Origin: Ignavibacteria bacterium
GTDB taxonomy: Bacteria > Bacteroidota > Ignavibacteria > Kapaibacteriales > UBA2268
Direction of reading: 5' to 3'
NCBI GenBank assembly: GCA_016844745.1
Contig: JAERMQ010000009.1
Span: forward strand, 7,184 to 71,183
DNA: 64,000 bases
The notes beneath the pieces are model-generated. The model saw only the letters and a program-made list of their open reading frames with translations. It ran no database searches and was not told the DNA's origin. A program made the position numbers and the translations under genes. Below are positions 28,028-36,909 of the stretch, piece by piece (within the stretch, counting starts at the first letter, position 1; every line of letters starts with the position of its first letter).

Positions 28028-29259
28028 TTGTTCATCCTCATTGATGGCGCTGTGTCGATGTAATATTTTGGCGTTACGGATGGAAATATTTGTTCCGCAA
28101 TATCGAGAGCCTCGACGAATAAGCTATGAAGCAGCAGCACCGAATATTGAAATTTCTCTGCTAAAAATGAAAACAGTGTTACCGGGCAATATGGAATATC
28201 ACCGGCTCCGTCCTTATTTATATCGTAACCCTTATAACGGCTCCAATAATTACCTAAGAATATATTTTTGCCGTAACCGCTCGTAGCTGCAGCATCAAAA
28301 GTATTACCGATAAAATTATTTTTTATAAAAGTATTATCAGTGCAATTAGCAAGGATTTTCAAAGCCCAGCCGTTTTTTTCAAAGGTATTATGTTCCAATT
28401 TAACTCTGTTGATTCCTTCGGAAAAAACAGCAATCGTATTTTTAGTAAAGGTATTCCTTTCAATTCTGCTATCCTTAATATCCTTCAGGAGAAGCCCAAA
28501 TGATGCGGTGCCCCAGTTGTGAACGAATTTATTCCCCGTCATATCTATATATCTCGTGTACATAACTGCAACCCCGGCTCCATTTTCTATAAATGAATTA
28601 TTAATATAATGGCAACTGTCCGAAAACATAAAATGCAATCCATACCTGATGTTATGCATACTTTCATTTCCTTCTATGCGGCTTCCACGAACGAATTCGA
28701 AATAGATGCCGTCCCTATGACCTTGTACTTTATTGTTGCGGATATGTATATTATTGCAATGCCAGAGATGAATACCATTCCCGTTTATGCTTTCGCGCTT
28801 ACCGGTGGAACTCAATTTATTTCCTGAAATGATGCAATTATTGGTATTGGCGAGGTAAATACCGAAAAAGCAATTATTTATCTTGTTGTTTTTAACAATG
28901 CAATCCGTTGACTTAATAAATTTTATCGCAGCGTTATCGGATGTATGATTATATGGGACATTCTTTAATAATAAACCATTAAATTCAACTCCGGATGCGG
29001 TAATCGAAAATAAATTACCCTTGCATGATGAAGCGTCAATCTCCGGATAATCAACACCAATTATTGATAATCTCTTATCGATTTTTATGCCGGAAGATGT
29101 ATAATTCCCTTTTGCAATAAGCAAGGTATCGCCTGCTTTAGCAAGAGCAACAGCCTTTGCAATGGAAGGAGAATCCTTGTCGATTTTTATTATTCCTGCA
29201 ATAGAGTTGCTGGAAAATAAAACCAAAAGCATTAGTGCAATAAATAGCTTTGAAAACAT
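28024..29259 (-). CDS. nosD: NosD, periplasmic right-handed beta-helix copper-binding protein
   Basis: 411 aa with a signal peptide and repeated NN.I..N..GI beta-helix (PbH1) repeats. Sits in the canonical position downstream of nosL. Confidence 0.8.
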   Translation of the reverse strand: MFSKLFIALMLLVLFSSNSIAGIIKIDKDSPSIAKAVALAKAGDTLLIAKGNYTSSGIKIDKRLSIIGVDYPEIDASSCKGNLFSITASGVEFNGLLLKNVPYNHTSDNAAIKFIKSTDCIVKNNKINNCFFGIYLANTNNCIISGNKLSSTGKRESINGNGIHLWHCNNIHIRNNKVQGHRDGIYFEFVRGSRIEGNESMHNIRYGLHFMFSDSCHYINNSFIENGAGVAVMYTRYIDMTGNKFVHNWGTASFGLLLKDIKDSRIERNTFTKNTIAVFSEGINRVKLEHNTFEKNGWALKILANCTDNTFIKNNFIGNTFDAAATSGYGKNIFLGNYWSRYKGYDINKDGAGDIPYCPVTLFSFLAEKFQYSVLLLHSLFVEALDIAEQIFPSVTPKYYIDTAPSMRMNK

Positions 29260-29308
29260 CTATATTAAGTTTTATAATCTTTAAAATTTTTGTAACTTCT
29301 ATTAAAAA

Positions 29309-29424
29309 GAGAAACCCTCTAACCCCCTTTGAAAAAGGGGGAACTCTTCTTCTTCTATTTCTACTTCTACTTCTATGTTCTACTTCTATGTTCTACTTCT
29401 ATAACCGGGGTTAGGGGGTTTCTC
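29309..29424. repeat. Core palindrome arms flanking a (tagaagtagaa)n tract, in the nosL-nosD intergenic spacer, with T-runs on both sides
   Basis: gagaaaccctctaaccccctttgaaaaaggggg…ctacttctacttctatgttctacttctat…ggggttagggggtttctc-tttttt. On the transcribed (minus) strand the hairpin is also followed by ttttt. Confidence 0.85.
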
Positions 29425-29431
29425 TTTTTTC

Positions 29432-30604
29432 TTACTCTTCCAACGCTAACTTTGAAAGTTCGCTCCAGTTCAACGTATCAAATTTCGATTCCAATTTTAA
29501 TTTGGGGATTTCTTCTTTTGATACTAACGATACGGCATTAAGTCCCATTGGGGAATGGAACTCGAGCGAACGGACGTAAGTCGCATGTTCAGCATTTATA
29601 AATACGCCGGGATTTAAGTAATTTATTGTCCACAGAGAATGAATCTTTTCATCTTTCAAATTTTTATCTTTATATGCAATCATACATTCGACAACATCAA
29701 ATTTATGAATTTTTCCTTTATCAGTAATTATTTCCGCACCCCATTTCGAATCAACAATCGTCATCTTGCAGTGAGCACAGGCATCCGAACCGAGTACTAT
29801 CGGCTGTGGCTCCTTTGCACAGCCTGTTACTCCCGATAAAATAACAATCGCTGAAATTACTAATGCTGCAGTGGTTCCGGGTTGTCCACTTTGGACTGAG
29901 GGTTTAGTATTCTTTTTTCTAAAAAGTGATATTATGAAAAGAATTAATGAGAATCCCGCACAATAGGCTCCGAGATAGGGCCACGATATAGCATTGAAAT
30001 TAAGAAGCTGTTTCGAACCAATCAGGGGTGGCTGATATGCCATTCCTGTAATTTTTATAGCTGCTTTCGGATTTAAATTATGCCCGTAATCGTATTCCCA
30101 TAAGTAGAAGTCATACAGTCCATAAATTAATCCTGCTAAAAAAATCACAATCCAAACCGTAGTGATAGCTTTTTTATCGAATATAAAAGCAATAAATCCT
30201 AAAAAGAGCATGAAGCCTATGAAATAAGGCATAATCTTGAGTTCCGGGATCGATTCAGGCTCTATACGCTTCATCCCAATATAATGATTAAGTCCGTTAA
30301 GGCTTTCCAGGTCATGCTCTTTATGACCGGTTATTTTATCTATATGAATATAGATACCCAAACCTTCGGGATACTGAGGAGCTTCCAAAGATATGCTCCA
30401 TATTGGGAGGAAATAAATCGGGATTAGTACTAATATTCCAATGAACATTAGTACTCTTGTTTTGGTTATCATGTGAGTATCAATAAAATTTATAATACTA
30501 AAAAAATAATCCTCTCCTGTCGTAAGCTTGCTTCGGACAAGAGAGGATAAGAAACTTATGACACATACCTGTATAAACCTGTTTTCATATAGGTTTATAC
30601 ACAA
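29432..30604 (-). CDS. nosL: Fused NosB-like polytopic membrane protein (N-terminal ~230 aa) plus NosL copper chaperone lipoprotein domain (C-terminal ~160 aa)
   Basis: The C-terminal part has a lipobox LSGVTGC followed by a NosL-like block (GSDACAHCKMTIVDSKWGAEIITDKGKIHKFDVVECMIAY). The N-terminal part is multi-TM and sits right after nosZ, as nosB does in clade II clusters. There is no internal Met between the two parts, so they are encoded as one ORF. Confidence 0.65.
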   Translation of the reverse strand: MCINLYENRFIQVCVISFLSSLVRSKLTTGEDYFFSIINFIDTHMITKTRVLMFIGILVLIPIYFLPIWSISLEAPQYPEGLGIYIHIDKITGHKEHDLESLNGLNHYIGMKRIEPESIPELKIMPYFIGFMLFLGFIAFIFDKKAITTVWIVIFLAGLIYGLYDFYLWEYDYGHNLNPKAAIKITGMAYQPPLIGSKQLLNFNAISWPYLGAYCAGFSLILFIISLFRKKNTKPSVQSGQPGTTAALVISAIVILSGVTGCAKEPQPIVLGSDACAHCKMTIVDSKWGAEIITDKGKIHKFDVVECMIAYKDKNLKDEKIHSLWTINYLNPGVFINAEHATYVRSLEFHSPMGLNAVSLVSKEEIPKLKLESKFDTLNWSELSKLALEE

Positions 30605-30610
30605 TAAAAT

Positions 30611-32566
30611 TTATTCTTGTTTACCCCAGGAAACTTCACCTTTTGACTTAGCAGGCGAAACACGCACATATCCTTGCATCTCCTGATGAAGCGCCGAACA
30701 GAAATCCGTACAATACATCGGAAACATACCTGCTGTCTTTGGTTCCCATTTAAGGGTTTGTGTTTCACCAGGCATGATAAGCAATTCGGCATTTTGGCAA
30801 CCTTTAATTGCAAAGCCATGGGGAATGTCCCAGTCTTGTTCCAGATTAGTAACGTGGAAATAAACTTCATCACCAACTTTAATGCCTTCAATATTATCAG
30901 GAGTAAAGTGCGAACGAATAGCAATCATATAAACATGAACAACATTTCCTTGCCTTACTACTTTAGCGTTATCAGGTGAAATGGTTTTGTACGCATGATT
31001 ATTTTCTTCCATCTTGAAGAATTTTACCTGTTTATCTTTGATTGTTGAAGCTAATATTGCCTGAGCATAATGCGGCTCGCCAATAGTCGGGAAGTCGGAG
31101 AGCAATTTCATTTTATCACCGGTAATATCAATCAACTGAGCTGATTGGCATAATTCGGGACCTGTCGGAAGATATCTGTCTTTTGTAATTTTATTCAAAG
31201 CAATAACATATTTGCCATAGGGCTTCTTTGTATCGCCGCCTGGTACCAATAAGTGACCAATTGAATAATAAGTCGGGATTCTGTCAACAACTTTGAAATC
31301 CTTTGTACTCCATTTGGTAATTTCCGATGATACGAACATTGAAGTATATCCGAATCCTTTTCCATCAAATTCGGAATGCAGCGGACCTAAACCGCAGTTC
31401 AGTACTTCACCGGCAAGAACGGATTCATAGTTTAAAACAGGAATGCCATTGACGGTTTTATCAATCTTCTTATCTTCAATTGCCTTCAACATTTTTGTAA
31501 ATGAAAAGCAGGTTATTTGTGCAGCCAGTTTACCTCCACCTACTATTAATTCACCTTCAGGGTCAACATCGCATCCGTGCGGAGATTTCGGTGTCGGCAT
31601 AAAATAAACCAAACCGGGACATTCTTCTGGAGTAAGAACCAATACTTTATCTTCAACCTTTGAGGTTGCCGTATGCGTTTTATCGTCATAAGTATTATGG
31701 TAATATGATGCAGAAACAAGCTTTCCTTTGTTTTGAGCAATGTACTCTTCAGCTTTTTTCCAGTTTACTGCTGCAATGTAATCTTTGTCGTTCTGGCTTG
31801 AATTAACTTCCTTTAATGTATTTGCTTCTTCGGAATTATAGGTTGAGAAGAACATCCAGCCGTGGGATTTCCCTTTTCCAGGGCGAGCTAAATCATAATC
31901 ATAACCCGGCATAAGTATCTGGAATGCTATACTCATTTTACCTTCTTTAGCCACTTTGATAAATGATAGTATGCCTTTGAAGTTTTGTTTGTAACTATCA
32001 ATCGGAACATCCCCATCGCCAAAGGGAATTGAAAATCTCGTACCCGCAACTACATATTCGGTATTTTCAGTTGTAAATGGAGATGAGTGGTTACCGGCGC
32101 TATTTGGGATTTCGATGATTTCCTGCGTTCTGAATGTAGTTAAATCAATTCTTGCTATTCTTGGAGTATTGTTACCGTTAATAAATATCCATCGTCCGTC
32201 GTGTTCTCCGTTAGTTTGAGATAATGTTGGGTGGTGTGCATCATCCCAGGGAATGAAACCATGAGAAGTCATAAGCATAGGCTTTGTTTCTTCGGTATAG
32301 CCCCAGCCTTTTTCGGGGTCTTGGGCGAAAACAGGAATAACGCGGAATAATCTACCGCTTGGAATACCATAAACACCTATTTGTCCACTGAAACCACCGG
32401 ACAGAAAGGCATAAAATTCGTCATACTGACCGGGTGCAACATAAACCCTGGAAGGCGCATCGCTCGATACTCTGCCGTTTTTCTTTGTGCCTGTACATCT
32501 GGACATTAAAAATATGCCTGCCACTAATATTACCGACAAAGCTGAATAAACAACATATTTTTTCAT
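30611..32566 (-). CDS. nosZ: Nitrous-oxide reductase NosZ, clade II (Sec-dependent)
   Basis: 651 aa. Sec/lipoprotein-type signal without a twin-arginine motif. Seven-bladed propeller body with His ligands. C-terminal cupredoxin CuA motif (MYCTDFCSALHQEMQGY). Confidence 0.92.
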   Translation of the reverse strand: MKKYVVYSALSVILVAGIFLMSRCTGTKKNGRVSSDAPSRVYVAPGQYDEFYAFLSGGFSGQIGVYGIPSGRLFRVIPVFAQDPEKGWGYTEETKPMLMTSHGFIPWDDAHHPTLSQTNGEHDGRWIFINGNNTPRIARIDLTTFRTQEIIEIPNSAGNHSSPFTTENTEYVVAGTRFSIPFGDGDVPIDSYKQNFKGILSFIKVAKEGKMSIAFQILMPGYDYDLARPGKGKSHGWMFFSTYNSEEANTLKEVNSSQNDKDYIAAVNWKKAEEYIAQNKGKLVSASYYHNTYDDKTHTATSKVEDKVLVLTPEECPGLVYFMPTPKSPHGCDVDPEGELIVGGGKLAAQITCFSFTKMLKAIEDKKIDKTVNGIPVLNYESVLAGEVLNCGLGPLHSEFDGKGFGYTSMFVSSEITKWSTKDFKVVDRIPTYYSIGHLLVPGGDTKKPYGKYVIALNKITKDRYLPTGPELCQSAQLIDITGDKMKLLSDFPTIGEPHYAQAILASTIKDKQVKFFKMEENNHAYKTISPDNAKVVRQGNVVHVYMIAIRSHFTPDNIEGIKVGDEVYFHVTNLEQDWDIPHGFAIKGCQNAELLIMPGETQTLKWEPKTAGMFPMYCTDFCSALHQEMQGYVRVSPAKSKGEVSWGKQE

Positions 32567-32587
32567 AAAAAACTCCCTTTTATAAAA

Positions 32588-33043
32588 TTACTTGGAACCC
32601 GAAATATCCCGCAAATGTTCATATATTGCGAGCGCTTCGTTTTGATTAACATTTTGATTTGTCATTTTTGTAAGATAAGTTTTCACAAGAGCTATAATTG
32701 TATCGTTTTTCTCCTGCATTTGTTCCGGATACATAATCATGCTGACTATATATTCAGGGGTGCGTTTTTTTGTGATTCCGCGTAGTGGAGGACCAACCAA
32801 ACGGGTATCATATTTATGGCATGCAACACATTTTATAGAGAATGCAGATTTACCCTTATCAGCTAAGGCTTGATTGAAAGCCCCGATATTTAAATCTTTT
32901 ACAACAGTGAAATCAGGTGAAGTTTCTTCGCTACAACCTGGAAATATAGCTAAAATGAATGATATCATCATAAAGGTGAAGGTTGCTTTGAGAAAAGATT
33001 CACAGCCATTTCCCGGTGTATTGAATAGGTTTAATTTTTGCAT
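32588..33043 (-). CDS. Mono-haem c-type cytochrome (nos-associated electron donor)
   Basis: CVACH haem-binding motif with a signal peptide. Sits immediately upstream of nosZ, as in clade II clusters. Confidence 0.8.
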   Translation of the reverse strand: MQKLNLFNTPGNGCESFLKATFTFMMISFILAIFPGCSEETSPDFTVVKDLNIGAFNQALADKGKSAFSIKCVACHKYDTRLVGPPLRGITKKRTPEYIVSMIMYPEQMQEKNDTIIALVKTYLTKMTNQNVNQNEALAIYEHLRDISGSK

Positions 33044-33172
33044 TTATAAAACTCCTTTTATTATAATAACTAAATAGAATTACAAATTAAATATTTTTTT
33101 TCCAATTTCAATTACTTAAATTTTCTATCAGTGTTTGTACTTGATAATGGTTTAATGAATTATATAATAAAA

Positions 33173-33364
33173 TTAATTAATTAAGGCAATTGAAGTAACG
33201 ATATTACCGCGTCTCAAATCCTGGAGGATTTTTGTGAGATAATGAAACGGAATCCGGGTTGCTTCGGAAATACGTGAAATTGGTATAAGAGTTGCTTCCG
33301 GCTGGGAGGCAAGGTAAATTGTAGCTTTTATACCGTAAATTCCGGCTTTAGAAATAATGTTCAT
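33173..33364 (-). pseudogene. Truncated Rrf2-family (NsrR/IscR-like) regulator: only the N-terminal wHTH (63 aa) is present
   Basis: AGIYGIKATIYLASQ…PISRISEATRIPFHYLTKILQDLRRGNIV matches the Rrf2 N-terminal DNA-binding domain. A stop follows after 63 aa, whereas full-length proteins are about 140 aa with C-terminal Cys ligands. Confidence 0.5.
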
Positions 33365-33545
33365 ATCTTTTAATCAGATAATAATGTCCGAAATTAAAAG
33401 ATTTTTTTTAGAAATCCAAGAAAAATTTAGCGAAAGCAGAAAAAAATTATTTTGTCAGCATATTTTTTTTTATATAAATTCTATTTTACTAAAATTTTCT
33501 TTTGTAATTTTGTATTCCATTTATGGATATTTTTAGTTAAGGAAA

Positions 33546-34022
33546 GTGAATATGTCAGCGAAAGTGTTTGAAGTAGACGACAATATCGAAGGTTATCCGC
33601 CAATTTTGATTATAGATGATGACCCATGGGTTCAGAAAATCCTGACTTCCCATTTCAAATCATGGGGATTCAAAACTTTATCGGCAGCTCATCCAACTGA
33701 TGGTATGGCTATGGCGGTGAATTTCAAACCCAGTATGATAATTTTGGATGTTATTCTTCCTGATATAAAGGGGATTTTACTCCTGAAAATGTTAAAGAAA
33801 ATCGATATAACCGCAGATGTGCCGGTTATTATCCTTTCCGGTGACTTCGATAAGCAGGTAATTGAAGAAGCCATGCGCTTAGGCGTTAATTCGATTATGA
33901 GCAAACCATTTTCCGAGAAAGTCCTGGTTGAGAAACTCCAAGCCTGCCTTGGTTATGCTGTTCTATACAAAATGAATATTGATAAGAATAATATTTCAAG
34001 TATTCCAATAGTGAAAATGTAA
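33546..34022 (+). CDS. Single-domain response regulator (CheY-like receiver only)
   Basis: ILIIDDDPW…MIILDVILPDIKG…VIILSGD…SKPF receiver motifs with no output domain. A Bacteroidetes-type promoter (ttttg…taattttg) lies upstream. Confidence 0.75.
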   Translation: MNMSAKVFEVDDNIEGYPPILIIDDDPWVQKILTSHFKSWGFKTLSAAHPTDGMAMAVNFKPSMIILDVILPDIKGILLLKMLKKIDITADVPVIILSGDFDKQVIEEAMRLGVNSIMSKPFSEKVLVEKLQACLGYAVLYKMNIDKNNISSIPIVKM

Positions 34023-34034
34023 GTTCAATTAATT

Positions 34035-34173
34035 TTGAGTCCACTCTAAAAAGCATTTTTTGTGAAAATTACATTCCAAAACCGGAATTTTTGGAATGAG
34101 AAATATCAAAGACTTACTAATTCCAAAGTTGTACTTTGGAATTTAATTTTTTACTTTTTAGAGTGAATTCAAT
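34035..34173. repeat. Family B ~135-bp element, copy 2
   Basis: About 90% identical to 18879-19016. Begins 13 bp after the response-regulator stop codon. Confidence 0.8.
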
Positions 34174-34434
34174 TTTTGAAAAATTATAATTAAAAAAAGT
34201 CTGGTGAAACTCAGGCTTTTTTTTTTACAAAATGTGAACTGCAGCCGGAATAGCATTGATTATCCATATTTAGTTAATCCTAATTATTATATTAGTAAAT
34301 ACAAAGATATTTGTATAGTACAAATAATGTAAATTATAATAAAATGAACAAAATAAATTTTGATTAATTAATTATTTTTCTTAAGTTGTTCTAACGAAAA
34401 TTTTTTGTTTGTTTTATTTTAATTAGGGATTTTT

Positions 34435-35793
34435 ATGAATAAAAAGATTATGCTAAACGAATCCGACATCCCTCGTCAATGGTACAACATTACCGCTGAC
34501 ATGCCCAACAAACCGCTGCCGCCCTTGCATCCAGGGACTAAACAACCGGTTGGACCTCAGGACCTCGCTCCGCTTTTTCCTATGGAATTAATTAAACAGG
34601 AGGTATCGACCGAAAGATATATAGAAATCCCTGATGAAATCATTGAGATTTACAAAATGTGGCGACCATCACCACTCTACCGAGCCGATAAATTTGAGAA
34701 ATTGTTGGATGCCCCAGTCAAAATTTATTATAAATACGAAGGTGTCAGCCCAAGCGGTTCACACAAGCCAAATACAGCGGTAGCCCAGGCTTATTATAAT
34801 AAAAAGGAAGGGGTAAAACGAATAGCAACTGAGACAGGTGCAGGACAATGGGGAACTGCTCTTAGTTTTGCCTGTGCACAATTTGGCTTGGAATGCGACG
34901 TTTATATGGTTCGGATTAGTTATGACCAAAAGCCTTACAGAAAAGTTATGATGAATACTTTCGGCGCTAATGTTTATGCTTCACCAAGCAATAGAACTCA
35001 AGCAGGAAGAAATATTTTAGAACAAGACCCAAATTCTCCCGGTAGCTTAGGCATCGCAATTTCGGAAGCAATAGAGATTGCGGCTCAAGACCCAGATACG
35101 AAATATTCTTTAGGTTCTGTGCTTAATCATGTATTAATGCACCAAACGATAATAGGTCAGGAAGCCGAAAAGCAAATGGAATATGCAGGCGATTTTCCCG
35201 ATATAATTATTGCTCCGCTTGGCGGTGGCTCTAATTTTGCCGGTATTTCATTCCCGTTTTTAAAGCATAAACTGACAAATGGTACTAAACTTAGATGCAT
35301 TGCCGTCGAGCCGGCGTCCTGCCCTAAGCTTACAAGAGGAAAATTTATGTATGACTTCGGCGATACTGCCGGATATACTCCGCTACTTCCGATGTATACT
35401 TTAGGGCATAATTTTAAGCCTGCCGCAATTCATGCAGGCGGACTTCGTTATCATGGCGCAAGTGTGCTATGCAGCCAGCTATTAAAGGATGGGTTGATAG
35501 AAGCACAGGCGATTCAACAATTGGAATGTTTCGAAGCCGGGGTGGCATTCACTAAAGCTGAAGGAATTATTCCTGCACCCGAAGCTACCCATGGTATTGC
35601 TCAGGTAATTCGAGAAGCAAGACGTGCAAAAGAGGAAGGCACTCAAAAGACAATTTTATTCAATCTATGCGGGCATGGCTTGGTTGATATGCAGGCTTAT
35701 CAGGATTATTTCGATGGTAAATTGCATGACCATTCATTTTCCGATGAGGAATTACAAGCAGACTTGCCGAATATAGCTGCGCTGCAACCATAA
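34435..35793 (+). CDS. TrpB2-type tryptophan synthase beta-like PLP enzyme
   Basis: 452 aa. The PLP-lysine region HKPNTAVAQA and the overall TrpB-like sequence at about 450 aa are typical of the TrpB2 subfamily. Confidence 0.75.
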   Translation: MNKKIMLNESDIPRQWYNITADMPNKPLPPLHPGTKQPVGPQDLAPLFPMELIKQEVSTERYIEIPDEIIEIYKMWRPSPLYRADKFEKLLDAPVKIYYKYEGVSPSGSHKPNTAVAQAYYNKKEGVKRIATETGAGQWGTALSFACAQFGLECDVYMVRISYDQKPYRKVMMNTFGANVYASPSNRTQAGRNILEQDPNSPGSLGIAISEAIEIAAQDPDTKYSLGSVLNHVLMHQTIIGQEAEKQMEYAGDFPDIIIAPLGGGSNFAGISFPFLKHKLTNGTKLRCIAVEPASCPKLTRGKFMYDFGDTAGYTPLLPMYTLGHNFKPAAIHAGGLRYHGASVLCSQLLKDGLIEAQAIQQLECFEAGVAFTKAEGIIPAPEATHGIAQVIREARRAKEEGTQKTILFNLCGHGLVDMQAYQDYFDGKLHDHSFSDEELQADLPNIAALQP

Positions 35794-35950
35794 ACTGTGG
35801 AATTCTATTGTGCTTCAGGGAATAATTCCAAATTTACCCTCATTCCTAACATATTCTTTAAGTAGAGAAGAGACTAAGGGGTGAGGGTATGTTCTTGATA
35901 CATAAATATGGATTAAAAGCAAAAGGATATATCATAGACCATTAAAATTC

Positions 35951-36700
35951 TTAATTCGTAATTCTTAATTTATCAATGTATTCAAGAATATCACTCCATG
36001 AATCAGCAACATAATCTGCAAGAGAGTCACCATTATTATCGACTCCATGGCGTGCTGTCGGGTCGCCGGTAAATTTTATGGCTTTCATCCCTAAATTCTT
36101 TGCGCCAATAATATCCGTTGCTTCTATATCTCCGATATGAATAGCTTCTTCAGGTGAAATGGATAATTCATTTAGAGCAGTTAGAAATGCTTTAGGATGC
36201 GGCTTGGATACACCTGTTTCATCCGAAAAACTCATAGCACTGAAATATTTAGCTATTCCGGATTGTTCTAATAATTGACGCAGCTCTGTTCCCTTCGAAA
36301 ATCCGGTATCCGATACGATTGCAAGTTCGAATTTACCGGTAATGGCTTCAATTACCTTTGGAACACTTTCCATCAAATCGGGAGGATGTACGAGAATCGC
36401 CTCTCCGAAATGGCGTGCTACTTCGCTGAGTATAGTATAATCATAAGGAACTTTCATATAATTCAGAAAAAATCCGACAGTGTCTTCGGGTGCAGGTGTA
36501 CGGCTGTCATTGAGCCAGATTTTATTGAAATATTCCCATGATGCACGCATTGCATCTTCGAACTCAATCTGGGATGGATTGCAACCTGTGGATTGAATTG
36601 CATTCTTTAGCTGTTCATGCCTGTATTCGTTTCTTTTGATTCCGTTACCGGAATTATAAAGGGTATTCCAGAAATCTATCGTTATAGCTTTTATTTTCAT
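35951..36700 (-). CDS. HAD-superfamily hydrolase
   Basis: N-terminal DxWxT-type motif I (ITIDFWNTL) and C-terminal HIGDIEATDIIGAKNLGMKAI (motif III). Confidence 0.7.
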   Translation of the reverse strand: MKIKAITIDFWNTLYNSGNGIKRNEYRHEQLKNAIQSTGCNPSQIEFEDAMRASWEYFNKIWLNDSRTPAPEDTVGFFLNYMKVPYDYTILSEVARHFGEAILVHPPDLMESVPKVIEAITGKFELAIVSDTGFSKGTELRQLLEQSGIAKYFSAMSFSDETGVSKPHPKAFLTALNELSISPEEAIHIGDIEATDIIGAKNLGMKAIKFTGDPTARHGVDNNGDSLADYVADSWSDILEYIDKLRITN

Positions 36701-36730
36701 AATTATTTAAGTTCCTATCAAAAGAAGAAA

Positions 36731-36835
36731 AACCCCCTAACCCCCGGTTTTAGAAGTAGAACATGGAAGTTGAATATAGAAGTAGAAAAAATTCCCCCTT
36801 TTTCAAAGGGGGTTAGGGGGTTTTTCTTCTTTTGA
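36731..36835. repeat. Core palindrome arms plus a tagaagtagaa module (gaagaaaaaccccctaacccccggttttagaagtagaacatggaag…ccccctttttcaaagggggttagggggtttttcttc)
   Basis: Read directly. Same architecture as 27183-27280. Confidence 0.85.
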
Positions 36836-36909
36836 TTTAAATTAACTATAAATTAGTATCATAAATAAATCTTTTCCAAATAAAATAAAATTCCTAATTA
36901 TTACGTAAT

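Noticed and set aside
30595-30924. 109-aa ORF overlapping the 3' end of nosZ on the same strand in another frame
   Set aside because: It is fully embedded in the well-conserved nosZ CuA-domain coding region and is a frame artefact.
33173-33364. The Rrf2 fragment as a complete small regulator
   Set aside because: Rrf2 proteins need the C-terminal dimerisation/cluster-binding half. This ORF stops right after the wHTH, so it is better called a truncated gene or pseudogene, pending a frameshift check.
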